Below, piece by piece: positions 26,921 to 35,942 of a stretch of 64,000 nt of DNA. The DNA comes from a bacterium. Its GTDB lineage: Bacteria > Patescibacteriota > Minisyncoccia > Minisyncoccales > CG1-02-41-26. The notes below the pieces were generated by a model, which saw nothing but the letters and a program-made list of their open reading frames with translations, was not told the DNA's origin and searched no databases. The stretch covers positions 68,251 to 132,250 of the forward strand of contig JAUWWY010000001.1 of NCBI GenBank assembly GCA_030616605.1. Reading direction: 5' to 3'. The stretch's first letter is position 1; every line of letters begins with the position of its first letter. A program made the translations under genes and the position numbers.

Positions 26921-26961
26921 GAAGAGGATCTTTAAAAAAATAATAACAAGAGAGGTAAAAA

Positions 26962-27891
26962 ATGAAACTTCATCATGTCATCCAAGCCCAGCAATTTACT
27001 CAAGAAATTCTGGCAGAATTATTTAGGCAGGCAGACAGGATAGAAAGATTGGTAAGAAATGGAAAGAAAATCAATGTTTTAAAAGGAAAAGGAATGATCA
27101 GTTTTTTCTACGAAGAATCAACCAGAACCAGAGCTTCTTTTGAAGTAGCAATGAGGAAATTAGGGGGTGAGGTGATATTCTCTACTGAGAATGCTGGAGA
27201 ATTCTCTTCGGCAGCTAAAGGCGAAACCCTGGAGGATACCATTCGAGTTATTGATAGTTATTTCCCAGACATTATTGTCTTGCGTCATTTTGAAAGTGGT
27301 TCTGCAGCTCGAGCAGCTGAGATTTCTCAGGCTTCGATAATTAATGCCGGCGATGGTGCAGGACAACATCCAACTCAAGCTCTATTGGATTTGTACACCA
27401 TTAAAAAGGAAATTCATCACATTGATGGTATTTCAATAGCCATGGTTGGAGATTTAGCCAATGGGAGAACAGTCCGCTCGTTATCTTATTTGCTCAGTAA
27501 GTTTTCTGACATTAAAATCTTCTTTATAGCCCCTGAAATTGTGAAAATGAAAGAAGATATAAAAGAGCATTTAAGAGAGCATAATATCTGGTTTTCAGAA
27601 GAGACTGATTTGAAAGAAGTGGCTTCCCAAGTGGATGTTATTTATCAAACCAGAATTCAAAAAGAGCGTTTTGGAGATAGGATAGAGGACTATGAGGAAG
27701 CTCGGGGTATTTATGTTATTGATGAAGAAATTTTGAGATTAATGAAAAGGGATGCTATTGTGATGCACCCCTTACCCCGGCTTGATGAAATAACACTAGA
27801 AGTTGACAAAGATCCTCGGGCTGCTTATTTCCGACAGGCTCAAAACGGCTTATTTATCAGGATGGCTCTGCTGAAAATAATTTTAACCTGA
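26962..27891 (+). CDS. pyrB: Aspartate carbamoyltransferase catalytic subunit
   Basis: Motifs are ESTRTR, HPTQALLD and HPLPR. Confidence 0.95.
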   Translation: MKLHHVIQAQQFTQEILAELFRQADRIERLVRNGKKINVLKGKGMISFFYEESTRTRASFEVAMRKLGGEVIFSTENAGEFSSAAKGETLEDTIRVIDSYFPDIIVLRHFESGSAARAAEISQASIINAGDGAGQHPTQALLDLYTIKKEIHHIDGISIAMVGDLANGRTVRSLSYLLSKFSDIKIFFIAPEIVKMKEDIKEHLREHNIWFSEETDLKEVASQVDVIYQTRIQKERFGDRIEDYEEARGIYVIDEEILRLMKRDAIVMHPLPRLDEITLEVDKDPRAAYFRQAQNGLFIRMALLKIILT

Positions 27892-27905
27892 AAGGAGGTT
27901 TCATA

Positions 27906-27941
27906 AAAGCTTGCTGGCTAATTATTCAGCAGGCTTTTTTT
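27906..27941 (+). terminator. Rho-independent terminator
   Basis: The stem gcttgctg / cagcaggc is followed by T7. Confidence 0.7.
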
Positions 27942-28008
27942 ATTGATTTTAGACCAGGAAAAAATTATAATTGTAGTGAGAATATTAAATAAAAAAGATT
28001 AGTAAAAT

Positions 28009-29568
28009 ATGTTAACAAAAGAGCAGAGATTTAAAATTTTAGAATCTCATCAGTGGAAAGAAGAAGAAGCGGGGGCGTCTCCTCTTATTTTAGACCTTAC
28101 TAGAACTTGTTATTTAGACAGCTTTAAGCTTTATAATAAAAGATTGTTTTCGGTTTGCATTTATTTTTTACGAGGAAATTATTATGCTTTTGAATGGGTT
28201 GAGTTAGATGAGATAAAGCGAGCTTTTGATTTTGGGTTTAAAAAATGGAAGAAAGAGAAGAATTTTTTCAAAAAGAAAAACAAAGAATTTGAGATGATTT
28301 GCCAAAGTATTAAAAAAATTTTCTGGGAAATCAAAGAAGGAATTAAAGATTACTCCAATAATAAATTAAAAGAATTAACTGATTTACTATTTTATCTTTG
28401 GAGAAAGCAATATGGTTATTCTATATTTTCAGAGGCGGCAGATATTTTAACAGAATTAGATTACTTTAAATTTTTACCAAAAGTTCCCCAAAAAAGTTTT
28501 AATAAAGTTATTCAAATTCTTACTAATCCCGAGGAATTAACTTTTTGGGATCAGGAAAATCTTAGTTTATTAGAAATTACCAAAGAAGTTTTAAACAATA
28601 AGAAGTTGAAAAAAGCAGTTCGTGAGAAATCATTGAAAGAAATAAAAAAATTCCTTGATTTTTTTACCAAGTTAAATTTACACACTCAAGAATATTTTTG
28701 GATTCAGAATAGTTTTCGGGAAGCTGTTTATTTGGATAATAATTATTTTCTAGAGCAAATAGCAGAAATTATTAATAAAAATTCACTAAAAGAAATAGAA
28801 AAAGAAATAAAAAGACTTGTCCATAAAAAAGAAATGAGTAAACGAAATATAAATAATATATATAAAAAATACAAACTATCTACTGAAGCTAAAGACTTTT
28901 TTGATATGATTAGATATTTTGCGGTTCTCCAAGATAGAAGAAAAGAAAACGTTCAAAGATTAGTATTTTGTATTGATCAGGTATTAAATAAGGTAGAAAA
29001 AAGATTTAAAATTAAAAAAGAAGATTTAGAAAATTATTTTGTCTTTGAAATATTAGAACTTCTTAATAAAAACAAAAAAGTTTCTCAAAGGGATTTAAAA
29101 AAAAGAGAAAAGATAATATTTTTCTCATATATAAAAAATGGTGATATAAAAACAGATAGATTGTTTGGAAAAGAGGCAGAAGAAATTGACCAATTCTTTA
29201 AAGAAAAAAGAAAGGAATTTATTTCCAGTGGTATTATAAAGGGCTTTGTGGCTTCTGTTGGAAGGGGGAGTAAAACAGTGAAGGGAAAAGTTAGAATTGT
29301 TTTTAATCCCAACAAAGACATTTTTAAAAATGATGAAATTTTGGTTGCTGGTATGACCAGGCCGGAGTTTGTTCCTTTAATGAAAAAGGCAAAAGCAGTT
29401 ATTACAAATGAAGGTGGAATTACAACTCATGCAGCAATAGTTTCCCGGGAATTAAAGAAACCCTGCATTATCGGTACTAAAATTGCAACCGATGTTTTAA
29501 AAAATGGGGATTTGGTGGAACTCGATCTCCGTAAAGGAATTGTTAAAATTTTAAAAAGGTCAAAATAA
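28009..29568 (+). CDS. PEP-utilising-enzyme swivel (phosphohistidine) domain protein with ~425-aa helical N-terminal domain (paralog A)
   Basis: The C-terminus reads ILVAGMTRPEFVPLMKKAKAVITNEGGITTHAAIVSRELKKPCIIGT, with the His codon at 29428..29430. The N-terminal region is homologous to 32591 and 34384 (YFWIQNSF; PEELTFWDQENLSLL). Confidence 0.75.
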   Translation: MLTKEQRFKILESHQWKEEEAGASPLILDLTRTCYLDSFKLYNKRLFSVCIYFLRGNYYAFEWVELDEIKRAFDFGFKKWKKEKNFFKKKNKEFEMICQSIKKIFWEIKEGIKDYSNNKLKELTDLLFYLWRKQYGYSIFSEAADILTELDYFKFLPKVPQKSFNKVIQILTNPEELTFWDQENLSLLEITKEVLNNKKLKKAVREKSLKEIKKFLDFFTKLNLHTQEYFWIQNSFREAVYLDNNYFLEQIAEIINKNSLKEIEKEIKRLVHKKEMSKRNINNIYKKYKLSTEAKDFFDMIRYFAVLQDRRKENVQRLVFCIDQVLNKVEKRFKIKKEDLENYFVFEILELLNKNKKVSQRDLKKREKIIFFSYIKNGDIKTDRLFGKEAEEIDQFFKEKRKEFISSGIIKGFVASVGRGSKTVKGKVRIVFNPNKDIFKNDEILVAGMTRPEFVPLMKKAKAVITNEGGITTHAAIVSRELKKPCIIGTKIATDVLKNGDLVELDLRKGIVKILKRSK

Positions 29569-29583
29569 AAATTAAAAAAATAT

Positions 29584-30435
29584 ATGCCAAAAACAATAGA
29601 GGATATTATTAGGGAAAATTTAAAAAAGGGAAAACAAAAGATTGGATTTGGTTTGCTAAAAAAAGATAAAGAGATAATCACGAGTTTAAGAAAGGCTAAA
29701 AAATACGCCAATCTTGTTATAGTCGGACCAAAATCATTGGGTAAGATTTCAGGCTTTGACTGTGTCTTGGCAAAAAATCCTGAAAAAAAACTTGCTGAAA
29801 TATTATACCAGGGAGAGGTTAATGGAATTGTCAGGGGAACAATAGATGATTTCAAGACATTTGAGGCTTATCAAGATTTTGTTGGTAAAAAGAAAACAGC
29901 AAAAATGAAAGAGTTAGCAGTTCTTGAAGATGGCTATGGAAGGCAGTTTTTCATTTCCGAAGCCAGTAATCCGGCTGGCTGGACAAAAGAAGAAAAGATA
30001 CATAATGTTGAGGGAATTATAGAATTTATGAAAGAATTAAAGATGAAGCCGAAAATCGGAGTGATTGCCGGTACCAGACATGATACTTATAAGAGAAAAA
30101 AGAAGATTAAAACAGGGGTTGTTGGAATCTTAAATAAAACTTATGAGCAAGCTGAAGCCGTGGTGAAACACTTTAAAAGAAAAAGATATCAAATAAAAAA
30201 CTATGCTATTGAATTGAATGGGGCAGTTGAAGATGGCTGTAATATTATTGTTCCTCCGAACGGAATGGTTGGAAATCAGTGGTTCAGAGCATTGTGTTTG
30301 ATTGGTAAAGGAAAGATACTAATATGTTCAAGAACAAATCTTCCCCATGTTTATGAAGATAATTCCAGAAATGAAAAAGATTTTTCTTTCCATATAAAAT
30401 GGGCAGCTGCTTGGGCAAACAGTAAAAAGAAGTAA
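29584..30435 (+). CDS. Hypothetical protein, possibly PTA/PTB/PlsX-like phosphotransacylase-fold family
   Basis: The similarity is weak pattern only: IGFGL...VIVGP....NPEKKLAEILYQGEVNGIVRG resembles Pta/PlsX N-terminal segments. It is not verified. Confidence 0.35.
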   Translation: MPKTIEDIIRENLKKGKQKIGFGLLKKDKEIITSLRKAKKYANLVIVGPKSLGKISGFDCVLAKNPEKKLAEILYQGEVNGIVRGTIDDFKTFEAYQDFVGKKKTAKMKELAVLEDGYGRQFFISEASNPAGWTKEEKIHNVEGIIEFMKELKMKPKIGVIAGTRHDTYKRKKKIKTGVVGILNKTYEQAEAVVKHFKRKRYQIKNYAIELNGAVEDGCNIIVPPNGMVGNQWFRALCLIGKGKILICSRTNLPHVYEDNSRNEKDFSFHIKWAAAWANSKKK

Positions 30436-30450
30436 AATTTTCTTGAATTA

Positions 30451-30488
30451 AAAAAGCCCAAAACTTTCAGTTCTGGGCTTTTTTTTAT
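30451..30488. terminator. Bidirectional terminator between convergent genes
   Basis: An A run, the stem gcccaaaac / gttctgggc (one mismatch), then a T run. Confidence 0.6.
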
Positions 30489-30491
30489 TAA

Positions 30492-31496
30492 TTAAACTAC
30501 AAATTCTCCTTTCTTTAGGATGGTTACAGGAACATCTGTCCTTTCCCTTGAAATAAAGGTTACTGAGGCTGAGAACTTGATACAATCAATATGAACACCA
30601 GCATTGTAGCGGCCATACTGAAACTTATCAAGCTCAGGACAGGTTTCTTGAAGACAAAGAGCGTTGGTTCCAATGGCGATGTGGATACCGCCTTTCAGTT
30701 TTTCGGCGATAACCGAACGATAGACTCGCGACGGTCTTCCAGGATTGATGCCAAGAGCAAATTCACCTAAACTATAAGCCTTTGGATTACCTGCTTTTTC
30801 GAGCATCTCTTGGAGGGTTTTTGCCTGACTTTCGCCTTCTATTTTTACCACTTGATTCTCTTCAATGGTAAGACGAATTTCCTCCTTAATTTCATTCAAA
30901 GGATTAGTGGCAAAGTCACCCGGTCTGAGTACGTAAGTTCCTTTGGCCCAAAAAGGAGCTGTTGCTAACTCCCCATAAGGACCATTAGTACCGAAACCCT
31001 CTCTTTCTCCAGTTTCTTTAATCCAATTCTTGGAAGGGATCTTTAACCAGAGATTAGTGCCGTCATTAGCGTTAATCATGAATGCTCCACCGATATCTCC
31101 ACCAATGGCTTTGAGAATTGTTTCTGCCCGTTCTCGGCAAACTTCCCGATTTTGGGGGTCGAGAATCGCCAGCCAATCCGGGCTAATCCCTGGATTGGAG
31201 ATGAGAAACATTCCCCATTCCATCATTTTAACGCTCATTGGAGAGTGGGAGATACTAACCGAAGCTATCAGCCAGGCCAGTGTTTTGTTTTCAAGGAATT
31301 TCTTGTTTAATTCATAATCCTGTCCTGGTCGTTCAATCTGAGGGATATGTACTATCTGGTGTTCGTAACCAGCAAAAATTTCTCCGATAGGAGCATTTTT
31401 ATAGCCCTCGTCAACGACAAACAGAATTCTGTCATCCGGCTTCACATAAAGCTCTTTTTGAGCTTTTAGAACAGCTTTCAATTCCTCGCGTTTCAT
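30492..31496 (-). CDS. Aminopeptidase, M29 (AmpS/PepS)-like; higher GC than its neighbours
   Basis: The C-terminal pattern GGIHIAIGTN....GRYNAGVHIDCI resembles the M29 metal-site motifs (G.H.A.G ... N.S..H.D). The assignment is tentative. Confidence 0.5.
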   Translation of the reverse strand: MKREELKAVLKAQKELYVKPDDRILFVVDEGYKNAPIGEIFAGYEHQIVHIPQIERPGQDYELNKKFLENKTLAWLIASVSISHSPMSVKMMEWGMFLISNPGISPDWLAILDPQNREVCRERAETILKAIGGDIGGAFMINANDGTNLWLKIPSKNWIKETGEREGFGTNGPYGELATAPFWAKGTYVLRPGDFATNPLNEIKEEIRLTIEENQVVKIEGESQAKTLQEMLEKAGNPKAYSLGEFALGINPGRPSRVYRSVIAEKLKGGIHIAIGTNALCLQETCPELDKFQYGRYNAGVHIDCIKFSASVTFISRERTDVPVTILKKGEFVV

Positions 31497-31635
31497 TTTT
31501 AACTCCTTTTAGATTTTTCTTTCAATATTTTGTTTTTAAGTTTCAAAACTGCTTGTATTATAGCAAATTTATTGTAATTTGTCAAATTAGAATGAGCTTT
31601 ATTTTAGAGAGATGAAATGATAAAATAAACTAATT

Positions 31636-32580
31636 ATGGCTAAAAAATTTATTCTTTTTTTTGATAAAATTAGCAAAAAAGACATTTCTATTGCCGGGGG
31701 CAAAGGAGCTTCGCTGGGAGAGATGAGCCAGGCTGGATTTCCTGTTCCGCCGGGTTTTGTTATCTTAGCTTCGGCCTTTGACAGGTTTTTAAAAGAAACC
31801 GACATTAACGTAGAAATTGAAGCTCAACTTAAGAAAGTAGACTCCAAAGAGATTCATACAATAGATGATGCTTCAGAAGTATTAAGGACTTTAATTGAAA
31901 GATATGAAATGCCAAAAGATATAGAGAAAGAAATTCTTTCAGCTTTTGATAAATTTGGTGTTACTTATACAGCAGTTCGTTCTTCAGCCACGGCTGAAGA
32001 TTCAAAAATTGCTTCCTGGGCAGGAGAATTGGAAAGCTATTTGGGGATTACTAAAAAAGATTTAATAAAAGCAGTTCAGAAATGCTGGTCTTCTTTGTTT
32101 ACTCCCCGAGCTATTTTTTACCGAATAGAAAAAGGTCTTGACGGTAAACAAGTCTCAGTAGCAGTGGCTGTTCAAAAACTCATTGATTCTGATGTAGCCG
32201 GGGTTTGTTTTACTGTTCATCCGGTTACTCAAGACAAAAATCAAATGATTATTGAGGCAAGCTGGGGATTAGGAGAGTCAGTGGTGGCTGGCAAAGTAAC
32301 CCCGGATACCTATGTGGTAGATAAGAAGAAAATGGAGATTTTAGACATTAATGTTGCTCAACAGTATACAGAAATTAAAAGAATTGGCCAAGAAACAAAA
32401 GAAATTAAAGTTCCGGAATCGAAAGCTGGAAAACAATGCCTTTCAAATGAAAAAATCATAGAACTTGCTAATATCTGCCAGAAAATAGAAAACCATTACG
32501 GATTTCCCTGCGACATTGAATGGGCAATTGAAAAAGGAAAAATTTATATTGTCCAATCACGCCCAATAACTACACTTTAA
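31636..32580 (+). CDS. Stand-alone PEP/pyruvate-binding (PPDK_N) ATP-grasp domain protein
   Basis: It matches the PpsA/PPDK N-terminal domain: KKDISIAGGKGASLGEMSQAGFPVPPGFVI, VAVRSSATAEDS and a C-terminal IYIVQSRPITTL. It stops where RPH/PpsA proteins continue. Confidence 0.85.
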   Translation: MAKKFILFFDKISKKDISIAGGKGASLGEMSQAGFPVPPGFVILASAFDRFLKETDINVEIEAQLKKVDSKEIHTIDDASEVLRTLIERYEMPKDIEKEILSAFDKFGVTYTAVRSSATAEDSKIASWAGELESYLGITKKDLIKAVQKCWSSLFTPRAIFYRIEKGLDGKQVSVAVAVQKLIDSDVAGVCFTVHPVTQDKNQMIIEASWGLGESVVAGKVTPDTYVVDKKKMEILDINVAQQYTEIKRIGQETKEIKVPESKAGKQCLSNEKIIELANICQKIENHYGFPCDIEWAIEKGKIYIVQSRPITTL

Positions 32581-32590
32581 ATTTTAAAAA

Positions 32591-34375
32591 ATGACTGTGA
32601 TAAAATTAAGTAAAATTTTTAGCAGAGAACATACATTATTTTATGTTTATATGTGGAATAGAAGTGATCGCTTAGGATTTAAGCAGTGGCTTAATCACGA
32701 TTTAAAAAATAGCCTATTTTTGAAAAAAGATAAGCACAATAAAATTTCAGTTTGGTATGAAGAAAAAGAATTCAATCAGATTCGCAAAAAAATCGCTCAG
32801 AGATTTAAAAAAGACAAATCTTTACTCGATAAGCTAGCTGAAATTTTACATGAAGAAGAAAAAACCATTGCTTCTATATTTGATCATAAAAAAGAAATAA
32901 CAAACATTAGAGAATTGGAAAAATACTATAAAAGTATTACAAACTGGTGGTCTTCAATGGTTATTTTATTTGAAGTGCCAGATTTAAAAGATATTCCAAA
33001 GATAATTCGCCAAAGGGCACTTCATTTACGTCGTTTAAGTGAAAAATATTCTGATAAGCAAGATATAGTCTTTATAAATTTTTGGAGAAGTAAATACCCA
33101 AAGATGAGAGATATAACATTTCTCATTAAACCCTCGGAGATTTTTAGCATGAAAAATAATAATATTAATAAGAGAACATTGGAAAGAATTAAAGAGAGAA
33201 TAAATGGCTACGGACTTTTTAATAGTAGGCTTTATTTATTGCCAGGACTTAAGAAGAAACTCGAGAATTCTTTCGTTGTTTTAGATAAAAAAACACCTAA
33301 AGCATTAGATAAAAAAGAAAAGTGGATAAATCATATTTCTAGAGACATGTCTTTGATGGCAATTTATTATCCATTTTATGTTCAAGTAAAGAAAAATATT
33401 TTTGATTTCGGATGTAAAAATAGCTTATATTTTTCAAAGAAAGGATTTATTAAAGGATATAAAAGTTATAAAGATCAGGAAAATACATTCAAGGAAATTA
33501 GAGAATACATTACAAAAGGAGAATTAAAGAAAATATTAAAAGAGTTTAAAAGAATAATAGAAAAAAGAATAAAGCTATCTAATAAATTTGTAAACACTGA
33601 TTTAGAAAAGAAAGGCTTAAGCTGGGTTATTAAAGAATTTGAGAATTTTCATAAATTTTTTTTAAAATATTGGTCTTATCATATTTTTGCCTTTAATTTA
33701 GGAAATGCTGTAGAAAATGCTGATTATGAAGTCGTTCTTAAAAAACATAAAGATTTAATAAACAAAATAAGGAGGTTCCATCCATTTCTATTTTTTGATG
33801 AAAAGTATTTGCCCCATTTATTTAAATATCTTGAAAAAGAATCCAAAATTCCTCAAAGAAAATTCTATAACCTTACTCCAACAGAAATAATTACAATTCT
33901 AAAAAGAAAGAAAATAATAAACTTGGAAGAAATAAAAGAAAGAGAAAAATACTATTTGTTAAAGTGGCACAAAGACAGAGAAAAGATTTATTCCGGGAAA
34001 GAGGCCTTAAAAGAATATCAACGAATTATAGGTTCTGAAGATAAAGAAAAGATAAAAGAAATCAAAGGAAAAGTTGTTTTTATGGGAAAAATTAAGGGAA
34101 GGGTTAAGTTAGTTATATTGAAGAATGATCTAAAGAAAGTTATGAAAGGAGATATTCTTGTAGCCCCAATGACAACACCTGATTATGTTCCAGCGCTAAG
34201 AAGAGTAGCGGCGATAGTGACAGACGAAGGAGGAATTATTTGCCACGCTGCAATTATATCAAGAGAATTAAAAATTCCTTGTGTTATAGGTACGAAAAAT
34301 GCCACCAAAGTCCTTAAAGACGGGGATTTAGTCGAGGTGGATGCTAATAAGGGGATAGTTAAGAAACTAAAATAA
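32591..34375 (+). CDS. Swivel phosphohistidine domain protein with ~500-aa helical N-terminal domain (paralog B)
   Basis: The C-terminus reads ILVAPMTTPDYVPALRRVAAIVTDEGGIICHAAIISRELKIPCVIGT, with the His codon at 34244..34246. Confidence 0.75.
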   Translation: MTVIKLSKIFSREHTLFYVYMWNRSDRLGFKQWLNHDLKNSLFLKKDKHNKISVWYEEKEFNQIRKKIAQRFKKDKSLLDKLAEILHEEEKTIASIFDHKKEITNIRELEKYYKSITNWWSSMVILFEVPDLKDIPKIIRQRALHLRRLSEKYSDKQDIVFINFWRSKYPKMRDITFLIKPSEIFSMKNNNINKRTLERIKERINGYGLFNSRLYLLPGLKKKLENSFVVLDKKTPKALDKKEKWINHISRDMSLMAIYYPFYVQVKKNIFDFGCKNSLYFSKKGFIKGYKSYKDQENTFKEIREYITKGELKKILKEFKRIIEKRIKLSNKFVNTDLEKKGLSWVIKEFENFHKFFLKYWSYHIFAFNLGNAVENADYEVVLKKHKDLINKIRRFHPFLFFDEKYLPHLFKYLEKESKIPQRKFYNLTPTEIITILKRKKIINLEEIKEREKYYLLKWHKDREKIYSGKEALKEYQRIIGSEDKEKIKEIKGKVVFMGKIKGRVKLVILKNDLKKVMKGDILVAPMTTPDYVPALRRVAAIVTDEGGIICHAAIISRELKIPCVIGTKNATKVLKDGDLVEVDANKGIVKKLK

Positions 34376-34383
34376 AAAAAATA

Positions 34384-35832
34384 ATGATTAATTCAAATAA
34401 ACAACTTTGGATTTGGGGACCAATTGATGGTCGGCCAATTTATATCTCATATTTTATGATTGCAATTGCCCGATATTTGCCTCGCTATTATAGATATCGC
34501 TGGTCTGAGGTTTTATTTTATTTTATCAAAGATAAGATGACTTTTATTTCTGAAAATCAAAATTTAAGAGCCGCAGGAGAAAGACATTTTAAGAGCTGGA
34601 TTTTAAATGATATGGGTTTTAAAAAAGTTAAAGCTGATTACCAAAAAACCTTAAATCAATTAAAGGATTTTCAATTAAAAATTTCAGAGAAATTTCTCTC
34701 CTCATTAAATGATAAAGATTTTACTCAGGCCTATTCTAAATGGCAGGATTTATATCTTAAGTTTTGGGGAGTCGGTTTAGTTCCAGAATTGGCTAATTTG
34801 GGCGGTGAAGAGATTTTAAAAGAAGCTTTGTCTAAAAATATCAATAAGCAGAAAGAATTTATTTCAGCCCTGGAAAAACTTTCCGCCCCAGAAAATCTCT
34901 CTTTTTATCAGGAAGAAGAGTTAGATTTATTAAAATTAAAAAAGTACCAAGGAACAAAGGAATTTGATAAATTAATGAAAAACCATAGCCAAAAATATTT
35001 TTGGATTAGAAATAGTTATTTTGAACAAAAAGATTTAAAACCAAATTATTTCAAAAAAATATTATCAGGAATAAAACAAGTTCAGTCTAAAATAAAAGAA
35101 ATAGAAAATTTGCCCAAAAAGAGAATGGCTGATAAAAAATCAGTTATTAAAAAATATCAATTAAATAAAAGAACAATTAAAATAGCTAAAAGACTTTCTT
35201 ATTCAATTTGGTGGCAGGACGCTAGAAAAAAGGAAATTTTTATTGCCAACTATTATATAAATTTGTTTTTGAAAGAGATAGCCAAAAGAAAAAGAATTTC
35301 TTTTTTTGATTTAAGATTTTATTGGCCAACCGAACTCATTAAGTTATTGAAGACTAATAAAAAAATTTCAGCTGAAGAAATAACTAAAAGAAAGAAATTT
35401 GTTTTAATTCACTACTATAAAGACCATTTAATCTATAAAAGTGGACAAAAAGAAAAAAAATTAATCAAGCCATTTTTAATAAAGAAACTAGATAAAGATT
35501 CAGCTAATATGACCGGTATGGTGGTTAGTACTGGTTGCGGTAAGGTCCATGGAAGAGTAAGAATATTATTAACACCCCGTAATGTTAGTAAAATGAAGTT
35601 AGGGGAGATTTTAGTCGCTCCAATGACTTCGCCTGAATTTATTATGGCTATGAAAAAATCTGCGGCGATTATTACTGATGAAGGAGGCATTACCTCACAT
35701 GCAGCTATAATTTCCAGGGAATTGGGTATTCCTTGTTTAGTGGGCACTAAAATTGCCACTAAGGTTTTAAAAGACGGTGATTTGGTTGAGGTTAATGCCA
35801 ATCATGGAATGGTTAAGATTTTAAAGAAATAA
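34384..35832 (+). CDS. Swivel phosphohistidine domain protein with ~390-aa helical N-terminal domain (paralog C)
   Basis: The C-terminus reads ILVAPMTSPEFIMAMKKSAAIITDEGGITSHAAIISRELGIPCLVGT, with the His codon at 35698..35700. It shares YFWIRNSY and PENLSFYQEEELDLL with paralog A. Confidence 0.75.
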   Translation: MINSNKQLWIWGPIDGRPIYISYFMIAIARYLPRYYRYRWSEVLFYFIKDKMTFISENQNLRAAGERHFKSWILNDMGFKKVKADYQKTLNQLKDFQLKISEKFLSSLNDKDFTQAYSKWQDLYLKFWGVGLVPELANLGGEEILKEALSKNINKQKEFISALEKLSAPENLSFYQEEELDLLKLKKYQGTKEFDKLMKNHSQKYFWIRNSYFEQKDLKPNYFKKILSGIKQVQSKIKEIENLPKKRMADKKSVIKKYQLNKRTIKIAKRLSYSIWWQDARKKEIFIANYYINLFLKEIAKRKRISFFDLRFYWPTELIKLLKTNKKISAEEITKRKKFVLIHYYKDHLIYKSGQKEKKLIKPFLIKKLDKDSANMTGMVVSTGCGKVHGRVRILLTPRNVSKMKLGEILVAPMTSPEFIMAMKKSAAIITDEGGITSHAAIISRELGIPCLVGTKIATKVLKDGDLVEVNANHGMVKILKK

Positions 35833-35848
35833 TAAACTTTTAGAGGGG

Positions 35849-35878
35849 TCTGCTGGCTAATTTCCAGCAGGTTTTTTT
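35849..35878 (+). terminator. Rho-independent terminator
   Basis: The stem tctgctgg / ccagcagg is followed by T7. Confidence 0.75.
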
Positions 35879-35942
35879 ATTGAATTTATGGATAAAATTG
35901 GCTTGTTTTTGACTCAAAATTGAGCTAAAATGAAAGAGTAAT

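Noticed and set aside
26859-26961. PyrR-type attenuator or other riboswitch upstream of pyrB/pyrD, and T-box leaders upstream of proS, pheS and thrS
   Set aside because: The pyr leaders are short and lack the conserved PyrR-binding loop (only a loose acaagagagg resemblance). No pyrR gene is present. The aaRS genes have no leader (proS, thrS) or only about 110 nt containing a terminator and promoter (pheS).
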